DNA from: Antedon mediterranea
Lineage: Eukaryota > Animalia > Echinodermata
NCBI RefSeq assembly: GCF_964355755.1
Contig: NC_092670.1
Location: forward strand, 9,414,201 to 9,478,200
Direction: 5' to 3'
DNA: 64,000 nucleotides
Shown here: in pieces, positions 12,101 through 21,500 of the stretch
How the letters are laid out: each line of letters begins with the position of its first letter
Numbering within the stretch: the stretch's first letter is position 1
Position numbers and translations under genes: made by a program
The notes under the pieces: generated by a model
Told to the model about the DNA's origin: nothing
Database searches by the model: none
What the model saw: the letters and a program-made list of their open reading frames with translations, nothing else

Positions 12101-13758
12101 ATTACAGGCTTATCTTACACCAGACATAAGTTAAGTCAGGTGCTTGGAAATTTAGACATAATTGTCATCATCTAATAATTGTTTGAAAGTAGGCTGCAAA
12201 GCTTGAGGCTCACAAGGTAAAGAAACATGGCTACGTTCAGACTAGATTAGCTTATCTTACACCAGGCATAAGTTAAGTTGGGTAAATGGGAAAAAATTTA
12301 ATATGCATAAAATTTTTTTGTCACAAAGTTTGATAGTGTGGACAGAGCTTTACCCTAGCTGAGAACATAAAACAACTTAAAAAGAAATTCTTTAAAGTAC
12401 CTGTGCTGGATTTTTGATATCCAAAGTGTCCCATTTGAAGCTTGATGGTAGGGAGTAGCAGTCTTGTCGTACTACTTTTTTAACAGGCTCAATGGCTTGG
12501 TTTACGGATGCTTCCACTAATTCATCTACACAAAATACAATATAAAGCTCTGTCTACACTATCAAACTTTATGTGACAAAAAATTGTGATGTCATATCAC
12601 TACCATATTACACACCACACCTCTTTTGTCAAACTACTTTGATAGTGTAGACAGAGCTTAAGTTTATAAATAAAACAACTTGATAGTGAATATACATTAT
12701 GTTAGCCACACCCATACTATATTTGCTGATATGCCCAAAATTTATTAAATAGTATTTCATTGCACATGTTTGCACAAATTGTTTTTATTAAACTAAAGTT
12801 TATTTTAATTATTAATTGGCAACATTATTCACTTCGGTGTCAATCAAGGACTTACGAAAGATGGAAAAGCAAGCAACCAGTCAGACACTAACTGCTTCAT
12901 TTAAGTACAATGCAAGCCTGAATTTGCTTGACACATTTTAATCAATCAACAAAAAACAAAACCAAAACCTACATTTAAAAAATGCTACTTTCTAATGCAA
13001 TACATTTTACTTTCTCTAAATAATTCATAAACACTGTAGTGGCCATGACTTCTTCCGCACACTTTTGTTGATCCTATTTAGTGTAATAGTTAAGGTTTCT
13101 CGTTTCTATTTTGGTTTCATTTTAGATCATAAGATAAACATGAATAACATACCAAATTTAGGAACAGGTTGCGAGTCCCAAAAATCATAAGTTTTCCTTT
13201 TGGCCGCCTCTATTGATTTAACAGAGGATGATGATCTGTTTAATAACTCCATTTGATTGGACAGATCTTGTATCTTCTTAATTGATATTAGACTTGCAGC
13301 CTTCAACGAATATGAAAAAATGGTTAGTACATGTTAATAATCTATATCATAAAGCCCTGTCTACACTATCAAACTGTGATGTGACAAAAAATGTGGTGTG
13401 ACAAAAAATGTGGTGTGGTCATTAAATATGAGGATGTCATATCACTACCAAATTAGGAACATCACACTTTTTTTTCAAACTAGTTTGATAGAGTAGACAG
13501 AGCTTTAGAGTATGTTTAAATAAATATTTTCAAAATATTTAATAGGCCTACTTGTGCTTGCTGTTGAGTCTCGGCGTTGGATGTTGACTCCACTTTCTCC
13601 TTACTTTTCTTGCCCTTTTTCTTCTTCTTTCGGGAGACTGCTTGTCCGTCAGTAGTTGTAGCATTTTTAGCTTCATTCGTTTCCTGAATGCCCTGTGGCA
13701 AAGTATCCTCCATCGGTTCTACCTTACTGCTTGTGCTTGCTTCTTGGTCGTCGCTCAT
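6176..13758 (-). CDS. NMT: Glycylpeptide N-tetradecanoyltransferase (N-myristoyltransferase), 12 coding exons, 488 aa
   Basis: Exons with GT-AG boundaries and consistent phases: 13758-13552, 13300-13153, 12525-12401, 11218-11127, 10778-10662, 10294-10124, 9820-9712, 8929-8819, 8487-8425, 7738-7574, 6807-6670, 6196-6176 (1467 nt). Motifs: N-terminal [103 protein letters not shown] and C-terminal VGLVLQ*. Confidence 0.97.
7892..8033. mobile_element. PIF/Harbinger-type MITE, family A (TIR AGCTCTGTCTACACTATCAAACT)
   Basis: TCTGTCTGCACTATCAAACTAGTTTGA...CAGTGTAGACAGAACT, homologous to the copies at 12546, 13353, 30607 and 48391. Confidence 0.75.
8500..8803. repeat. Degenerate tandem duplication (about 160 bp, two copies) filling most of a small NMT intron
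   Basis: AAATTCATA(TA)ATTATTATT...ATAATATGGA.TATATTTAAAATTAT...TACTTATTTTATAAC occurs twice. Confidence 0.65.
9040..9450 (+). mobile_element. Decayed 3' fragment of a CR1/L2-group LINE
   Basis: Residual translation [17 protein letters not shown]...[13 protein letters not shown] followed by a UTR and AATAAATAAAG. Confidence 0.45.
9608..9707. repeat. 24-bp minisatellite, about 4 copies, abutting an NMT splice donor
   Basis: The unit TATCTGAATCCTGATTGGTGGATA(C) is repeated, and the last copy runs into the donor ACTTAC (GTAAGT on the minus strand). Confidence 0.85.
11285..12280. repeat. Tandem repeat of about 155 bp, roughly 6.4 copies, with ABC-ABC higher-order structure, partly derived from the adjacent NMT exon
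   Basis: Units start AAAG(A/C)AACATGGCTAC at 11285, 11444, 11601, 11752, 11911, 12068 and 12219. Units 1/4, 2/5 and 3/6 share diagnostic variants (467-bp period). Confidence 0.92.
12546..12658. mobile_element. PIF/Harbinger-type MITE, family A
   Basis: Perfect TIR AGCTCTGTCTACACTATCAAA / TTTGATAGTGTAGACAGAGCT with a TAA target-site duplication on both sides. A half copy also lies at about 12318-12350. Confidence 0.85.
13353..13504. mobile_element. PIF/Harbinger-type MITE, family A
   Basis: AGCCCTGTCTACACTATCAAACT...AGTTTGATAGAGTAGACAGAGCT, flanked by TAA/TTA. Confidence 0.8.
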
Positions 13759-14607
13759 TTTAAAGGTCAGGGTAGCTACGGCTAAAAATTTCAGATCAAA
13801 CAATATTTGGTTAATTAACTTTGAGGAACACAGATTTTTTGTTTTTAATTGATAAATAAAATATACTCAACTTACTGGATTGCCACTTCATGGTTAAAAG
13901 GCAAGAGTAGAGTTTATGATTTTTCAAGAAATATTTATTATTAAATATTATAAATGCCTTTAATTACAAGACTATTTATGTGTCTTTGAAGAAACCTCTA
14001 TTTTCCCTAAAGCTCCCTGTGAGACCAACAGCAAACCAAAAGTGATGATGATAAATAAATATGCTACCTACTATCTGTAGCTCTAGGTAGTGGTAGGCCT
14101 ACTCTAGCACTAGTCACCTACTTAGGCCTAGGCCCTAGCCTAGTAGTAGGCTAGTAGGTTTTATAACAATTTTCCCATTTTTTAAATGTAAAAAAAAAGT
14201 GGAAGAACAATGATTTACATTTCATAAATATCGAGCGCGTTGACCATCAATAATACAACAATTAAAATGTTTAGGGCCCAGGCCTGTTAATGTATTACTA
14301 AGCTAGGCCTGTAGTAGGCCAAGCTAGAGTAGTTACAATCGTTCGTTGTGTCGTGTGTGTTGACTGTCGCGTCGATCTCCGTGCCGTGGACTAGACTAGC
14401 TAGAGAGTGGAGGCAACTTGTTTAGGCTAGGCCTAGCCTAGCCTATACACTCCCACTAAATAATGCAACAACCCTTCTATTTATATATTTATACTAGGCT
14501 GGGCCTATACCTACATTCTATGTTAAAATTATGATGTTAATGTAATTTATATCGCTGTACTGTCGCAATACATTAAGTTTTGCACAATTCGCTCGCACAA
14601 CCCACAC

Positions 14608-14645
14608 CTTGTGTGTACTAGATCGCCATCTTTGGACAGGCTCAG
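14608..14645 (-). promoter_or_regulatory. Probable non-coding first exon and TSS region of NMT with a YY1-type motif
   Basis: The minus strand reads CCAAAGATGGCGATCTAGTACACACAAG|GTGTGG: AAGATGGCG (YY1 consensus, typical just downstream of housekeeping TSSs) followed by a plausible donor. The ATG exon has an acceptor TTTTTAG about 22 nt upstream of the start codon. Confidence 0.5.
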
Positions 14646-15324
14646 ACAAATATTTTGTTTAAATTAAGTATTTACTCACTACTATATTCAGCATTTTGTG
14701 TGCATATAAATATTATTATTATACAAATGCACAATTTGTATTTTATTGTTCTATAATTGATATAAAAGACATTAAAATGTACATATATACGTATTATTTA
14801 AATAATATTGTTTAATAGTTTGATAGAGCGCCACCAATTTTTTTTGAAAGAATATCTATTTTTATTTCTAGAAATTTCAAAATGTATTTGTGAATATCAC
14901 TACGTATATTTAATAACCCGAAATATATGGATGCGGAACACGGCCTATAAAAAAGACAAAATGAATGGGTTTTTTTTAATGTCATAGTCAGCACATTTGC
15001 TCGTCCAACCTTTGCAGAACCGCTTTGCGAATCATTCTTAATTAACACTCGTAGTCCGCCGTTCTTCTATGATTCCACTTTTATTTCTAGCACAATTTTT
15101 CTTCAACTTTACTTACTTGCTTGCTTTCAATTTCAAAGCAGTCACTTGTTCTCCTGACTACCTATAACAGTTTTAAAAAACTATCTTGTCAGGGTATGCG
15201 TAGAGTAGGCCTACTCGATCAACTGTGTCATCGTAAACCCATAGCCGGGCCTACTTCAATATTCTGTTACAGAGAGCAACTTTCTCTCTTAATTCTTTCC
15301 CCCCTTTAAATACAATATATCGAT

Positions 15325-16035
15325 AATTATCTCCAAATAAATGCATCTAAAACAAAGGAGATAATCATTGATTTTAGGACTAAACATAAATTTAATTTTC
15401 AACCAATCACTATCAAAGGTAAAGAAATTGAAATTGTTGACCAGTACAAGTATCTAGGTATTGTTTTCAATGATAAACTGAGTTGGGGAGACCATAGACT
15501 TCATCAGCAAAAAATTAAATCCCAGAATGTATTGTATGAGAACTTTATATAAATTTAACTCCTGTGATTTGATGTTACTTTCGTTCTATAGTTCCGTTAT
15601 ATGTAGTGTTTGGACGTACTGCCTCTCCTGTTGGGCTGGTAATGTTTGGAGGGAATAAAGGACGCCTTGAAACTTTCATCCGTCGGGCTGGTAAAATGAT
15701 TGGTCTGGAACTGCCTTCCATTACCGATGTGCACCTAGAACACCTCCAGAAAGATTTTGAACGCATTGAGTCGGATGCCTCTCATCCTCTCCACAAAGTG
15801 ATCATAGACCAACTTAATCCAAGTGGTAGATTGAGGCTCCGATCCTCAGTGTGAAAACAAATCGATATGCCAAATCCTTTATTCCCTCCGGTATCATCCA
15901 GTACAACAGAAAGTCAAGAAGATAATTTTATCTTGTATTTTTTGATGTTTTTATATGAATGGTTTTATGCTATATTTGTTTTTATTGTGTTTTCTTGTTA
16001 TTTTGAGGATCAATAAAAGTTATCTTATCTTATCA
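15325..16035 (+). mobile_element. 5'-truncated CR1-group LINE (Rex1/Babar- or L2-like), frameshifted RT C-terminal region
   Basis: Translation LQINASKTKEIIIDFR...PITIKGKEIEIVDQYKYLGIVFNDKLSWGDH...KKLNPRMYCMR...SHPLH...KTNRYAKSFIP, then AATAAAAG and a (TTATC)n tail. Confidence 0.8.
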
Positions 16036-16187
16036 ATATATCCTATAAAAACCAAGTTAAAATTACCGTATATCTTTAAGATAAGCAATAACATTATTTA
16101 AATCCAAGCAATATTACTTATGGTTCCATTGTCCCTTTAGGCCTATTAAGATTTTGTTCATGTTTATTATATTTTCATGAATGTTAA

Positions 16188-16519
16188 AGATGTATTGTCC
16201 TCCAAAAACATGAAAATGAAGATTTAAAATCAGACTTTGAATAGGCCATTTTGTAATTTTTACAAAAGTTTCTCACTTTCGTAGAAAAAAAAACGAAAAA
16301 AAAAAAATGTTTTCAGTTTAAAATAAATGGTTAAACTCAACCAAGTGACCCATTGGCTGGCAGCCAATTTTACTATTTTTAGCTTTAAATTACAGTTTTT
16401 TCAGGTAAATAATTTTTTTTCGGTCCAATTTTTGGTCAAAGTGAACTATTTGTATCATTATCATGGCACATTAAAAAAAAAAATGTAAAGAAAATATTTT
16501 TTCAGAGGACAATACAAGT
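16188..16519. mobile_element. Kolobok-type MITE (TIR AGATGTATTGTCC, TTAA TSD)
   Basis: TTAA|AGATGTATTGTCC...GGACAATACAAGT|TTAA. Related copies lie at 22046, 36834 and about 42940-43110. Confidence 0.65.
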
Positions 16520-17047
16520 TTAACATTTTTCTACATTATTTTGGACAAATATAAATTTTAACTTTTAACATTTTACTTTTTAAATCTGTAGGTGAATTTT
16601 AACTTGTAATTTAATGTTTGAATGTCTGTATAAATCATCTTTTATCTCAATTAGGCTACAATCATAAATTGTCACTATAGGCTTAATTAGACATTTACTT
16701 AAAGACACCTTCCCTACAATTTGTGACGTTTTGTAAAAATAATACATACATATTACTTTAAAAACATTAAACCAGGTCTACGTTTTATGGTAAATTATGA
16801 TAAAAAGTGAGAAACAATGCACTAATTATGTAATTATGAGATTCTAACGTTTGAATTAGAATTCTAAACAACACAAAAAAAGACATAGAAGACGTAATAC
16901 TGGTAGAGAAGAAAAGGAATTGAATGTCTAACTAAAGAAGTAATGTGTTAGTTATCAACATATGATTCCAATGGCATTAAAGATCATTATTCGAATTTGA
17001 TGGCTTATAATTATCAAAGATAGTGTAGTACTAGTAGAGGAATTATT

Positions 17048-18304
17048 ATAGTCCATGGGCTGGAGGAGGTTACCGTGCACCCCCCCTCCCCCCACAGTTA
17101 AATTTCTTTGGTATCATTTTCTTCCCACGGACATATAGAGTGAAAAAATCGATGTTAACAAGAAAAATATAGGGATGCATTGTATGTACTTGCGTCATTT
17201 GTAATGATCATCAGTGTTTTATCTTCAAATATTTTTTGGGGTAGGGGGTAACATTTATCCTAATAACCCAAGAATCCAACATCTAATTAGTATTATCTTA
17301 GTAACATTGTGTAGCATACATCTTTTAAAATCTTTTAAAATTTAAATAAAATTAATCGGAAGATTATTAAGGTCAGTAGAGGTCAAAAGGTTATTGACCT
17401 TTTGCAAAATGCAAATTTTTCCCAAAATATAGATAAATTTCAATATCGTATCTACAATTTTCAATATTTTTTATCTTAATTGTGTTTTACTTGTGCTTAC
17501 TGACATATTGAATAAGAAAATATAGGTTAACAAGATAAAAATTGCTGTTCATTATATACAAATTGTTATTTTTTATTGTTAAAAATTGCAATAAAAATAC
17601 ATTTTTTGGGGTAGGGGGTAACAATAATAAGCAATAACCCAAGAATCAAACATCTAATTAGTATGATCTTGGTGTCGTTGTGTAGCATTCATGTTTCTTA
17701 ATCATATAAAATTTGAATAAAATTAATCGAACCATTTTTAAGGTCAGTAGAGGTCAAAAGGTCACTGACCTTTTGCAAAATTGCAAATATTTGCCATAAT
17801 GAGATACATTTCAATATCAAATCTCCAATTTTAAATATATTTTCTTATTCAATATGTCAGTAAGCACAAGTAAAACACAATTAAGATAAAAAATATTGAA
17901 AATTGTAGATACGATATTGAAATTTATCTATATTTTGGGAAAAATTTGCATTTTGCAAAAGGTCAATGACCTTTTGACCTCTACTGACCTTAATAATCTT
18001 CCGATTAATTTTATTTAAATTGTAAAAGATTTTAAAAGATGTATGCTACACAATGTTACTAAGATAATACTAATTAGATGTTGGATTCTTGGGTTATTAG
18101 GATAAATGTTACCCCCTACCCCAAAAAGTATTTGAAGATAAAACACTGATGATCATTACAAATGACGCAAGTACATACAATGCATCCCTATATTTTTCTT
18201 GTTAACATCGATTTTTTCACTCTATATGTCCGTGGGAAGAAAATAATACCAAAGAAGTTTAACGGTGGGGGGTGCACGGTAACCCCCTCCAGCCCATGGA
18301 CTAT
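17048..18304. mobile_element. Foldback element with near-identical inverted arms of about 470 bp
   Basis: 17048-17524 is the reverse complement of 17836-18304 (ATAGTCCATGGGCTGGAGG... / ...CCTCCAGCCCATGGACTAT) with few mismatches. The spacer holds a diverged third copy of part of the arm. Confidence 0.9.
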
Positions 18305-18319
18305 TAACTGTAATATTTT

Positions 18320-18475
18320 TTTCCGCGAAATTCTTTTATATAAAGTTTCGGTCCCGGAAATGACGTAATATATTGTAATAGAGCGCGTATGCAATAAATA
18401 ATCACATGAGATCAATACCAACAAAACAACAACACACTACTCTAGTCTCTACCGCCCGGATACAGCCATTTTGGG
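18320..18475 (+). promoter_or_regulatory. Probable promoter of the VOPP1-like gene
   Basis: CpG-containing patch 60-220 bp upstream of the ATG, with an E2F-like TTCCGCGAAA (18321-18330), an overlapping ETS-CRE composite CCGGAAATGACGTAA (18354-18368) and a YY1-like GCCATTTT (18465-18472). Confidence 0.5.
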
Positions 18476-18537
18476 CGAACATATTGATATTAAAACTCAT
18501 TTTTTAACAGATAGTACTACTTGTAAGAAGAATAAAA

Positions 18538-21500
18538 ATGTATTGGAATATATTGAAATATATTTTACCATTGATCACGTTCTACTTAGTAACAGGAGTA
18601 AGTTTATTTGTGAAAAATCTCTACTAAACTAAAAAAAGCTCGTCCGCACGCACGACGGGTATTATTTGCCAGCTAGGCTAGGCCTAGGCCCTAGGCTAGC
18701 TACAGTAGAGGCAAGGCTAGGCGAGTAGGGGTCCTAATAAACACCAAACGGAAACAAACGAGACAAAGAATGTTGCAAATACCTACCAAACGAGGGTAGA
18801 TAATTGCTTGTTAATTATGAAAACCCAACTTTTATAGCAAAAATCGTCCGAATTTATAAACAAAAAATAAAACCAAACGAGAGTATCTACGACACGCCCA
18901 TAGTGCCTTTAATAGGAGAACAATGAGTGAACTTTATTTTATCACTTCTTAATATTAATTGATTAAATTAATTGTATTTTTTCATATCTATGAGGTATTT
19001 ATTCAAATAAATACAATAATTAACCTGCATTTATATCATTTCAGGTTTCAAGCAGTGACTGTGGTGGCCAACATTAGTAAGTATCATTAAATAATGTCAC
19101 CATTTATTATCATCAAATCTAAAATTAATAACTAGAATAATTAAAAACATCAATCAAAAACATTTTTATTTCATTTAATATTTAGCAGTAAAAATAAATA
19201 GCTCGCTAACATAAATGTGTGTAACAGCAACTTTACCATCTTCTATTTTTAGCTGTGATGACTATGACCAGTATTGCTGCAACATTGATGAATGCTGTTA
19301 TTACACCACCTACAGTTATTGGAACCTTTGGTATTTTTGGTAAGATTCACATAAAAATACAGTAAAAGCATTTTGTATTTCACAAATGTTTGCGAAAAAA
19401 TCATAGTTTGAAATAGTGTAAAACTGTAACCCTATATAAGTGAATGTCACTGTGAGGAGGAGTGACTCATGTGGTGGAGTCAACCAATCCAATAAAGTTG
19501 TGTTGGTAGCTACTATATGTCAAGTCTTTCTAGTTTGATAATCAATTGGTACTAAACGATCAATGGTGACAGTAGAAGTATTGTATGCCAATATAAATCT
19601 ATAAAATTTCAAACTGGAAAGTGGTGAAGAATTGGATGAGTGGAATAAAGTTGCATTTATTTTGTTTATAAAATTCCTGTGACTTGCAATATACAAAATA
19701 ATTAAAATACTGAAGTCTGTACAGTACAGGTTTAAGTTCTTTGTTCTCAAGACAAAGCCCATCTTGTTAACAATACCATCTAACAAGGCCTTTTTGTTTG
19801 TTTTATGTATGTCCATCCGTTAATTGCTTTTTAAAAACAGCTCATTAAGATCCTTGACCAATGACTTGCATTAATTTATCTATGGCCATATTTAATTTGG
19901 CTTACTAGGACGATAACGATTGGCGATAGATAAGTATGCATTTTTTCTACATAAATCCATCCAAATTGGGGGTTAGTTGTGGTCGGTACTGTAAAAGAAA
20001 TCTAAAAAGTTTTACGATAGAACTGTAGGATAATAATCATCTATGCTGCCTTTGATGAAAATAATATTTTGACGTCATGATTACTGTACTGTAGTAAGAG
20101 CAATAATATGACAATACTACTATGGTCAATCCCTGTTCAGGGGACACATTTTGGGGGGGGGGGGGGGGGTCCCCTTTATAAATAGGGTTCTGTATTTACT
20201 GAGATCCACGTGCTGGTTGTAGCATGCATTATGGTCGCAGTGGGTGTTTAATTGTTGAATCATTTCCTCATAATTATTATTTAAAATAGATACCAGTATT
20301 TGTGGTAAAATGACAAAGGCTAGTATTTCAGAAACTATGATTGCCACAGTATAGTGGTATTTAATAATAATAATAAGATTACAAGTGGTATTGGCACACA
20401 GTAAAACTACGCTTTGAGGTCGCTACCTTGAGATTTCTCCCAACCAACTGGGTTGAACCGTCCCCAATTCATTAACATGCTCCTCAAAATTTTGATTTTT
20501 ACAATGGAACGAGAAGGAATAGGCTAGGAAGGTAAACTACAATACTGCTTTGCTTTACAACTACTGATACTAGTGTATCTGTATGAATGCAATGGGCAGA
20601 AGAATTTAACTGAGATCCACGTGCTGGTTGTAGCATGCATTATGGTCGCAGTGGGTGTTTAATTGTTGAATCATTTCCTCATAATTATTATTTAAAATAG
20701 ATACCAGTATTTGTGATAAAATGACAAAGGCTAGTATTTCAGAAACCATGATTGCCACAGTATAGTGGTATTTAATAATAATAATAATAAGATTACAAGT
20801 GGTATTGGCACACAGTAAAACTACGCTTTGAGGTCGCTACCTTGAGATTTCTCCCAACCAACTGGGTTGAACCGTCCCCAATTCATTAACATGCTCCTCA
20901 AAATTTTGATTTTTACAATGGAACGAGAAGGAATAGGCTAGGAAGGTAAACTACAATACTGCTTTGCTTTACAACTACTGATACTAGTGTATCTGTATGA
21001 ATGCAATGGGCAGAAGAATTTAACTGAGATCCACGTGCTGGTTGTAGCATGCATTATGGTCGCAGTGGGTGTTTAATTGTTGAATCATTTCCTCATAATT
21101 ATTATTTAAAATAGATACCAGTATTTGTGATAAAATGACAAAGGCTAGTATTTCAGAAACCATGATTGCCACAGTATAGTGGTATTTAATAATAATAATA
21201 ATAAGATTACAAGTGGTATTGGCACACAGTAAAACTACGCTTTGAGGTCGCTACCTTGAGATTTCTCCCAACCAACTGGGTTGAACCGTCCCCAATTCAT
21301 TAACATGCTCCTCAAAATTTTGATTTTTACAATGGAACGAGAAGGAATAGGCTAGGAAGGTAAACTACAATACTGCTTTGCTTTACAACTACTGATACTA
21401 GTGTATCTGTATGAATGCAATGGGCAGAAGAATTTAACTGAGCAAAATCAATATTTGTTTGCTATCGTTATTATATTTGTTCATTGATATCTATTAAACA

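Noticed and set aside
11285-12280. CRISPR-like array
   Set aside because: Whole units repeat with no unique spacers, there are no cas genes, and the context is a eukaryotic intron.
13759-13803. N-terminal extension MFDLKFLAVATLTFK of NMT from the ORF track
   Set aside because: It starts at TTG and crosses a splice acceptor (TTTTTAG near 13781). The ATG at 13758 in AAAATG context is the better start.
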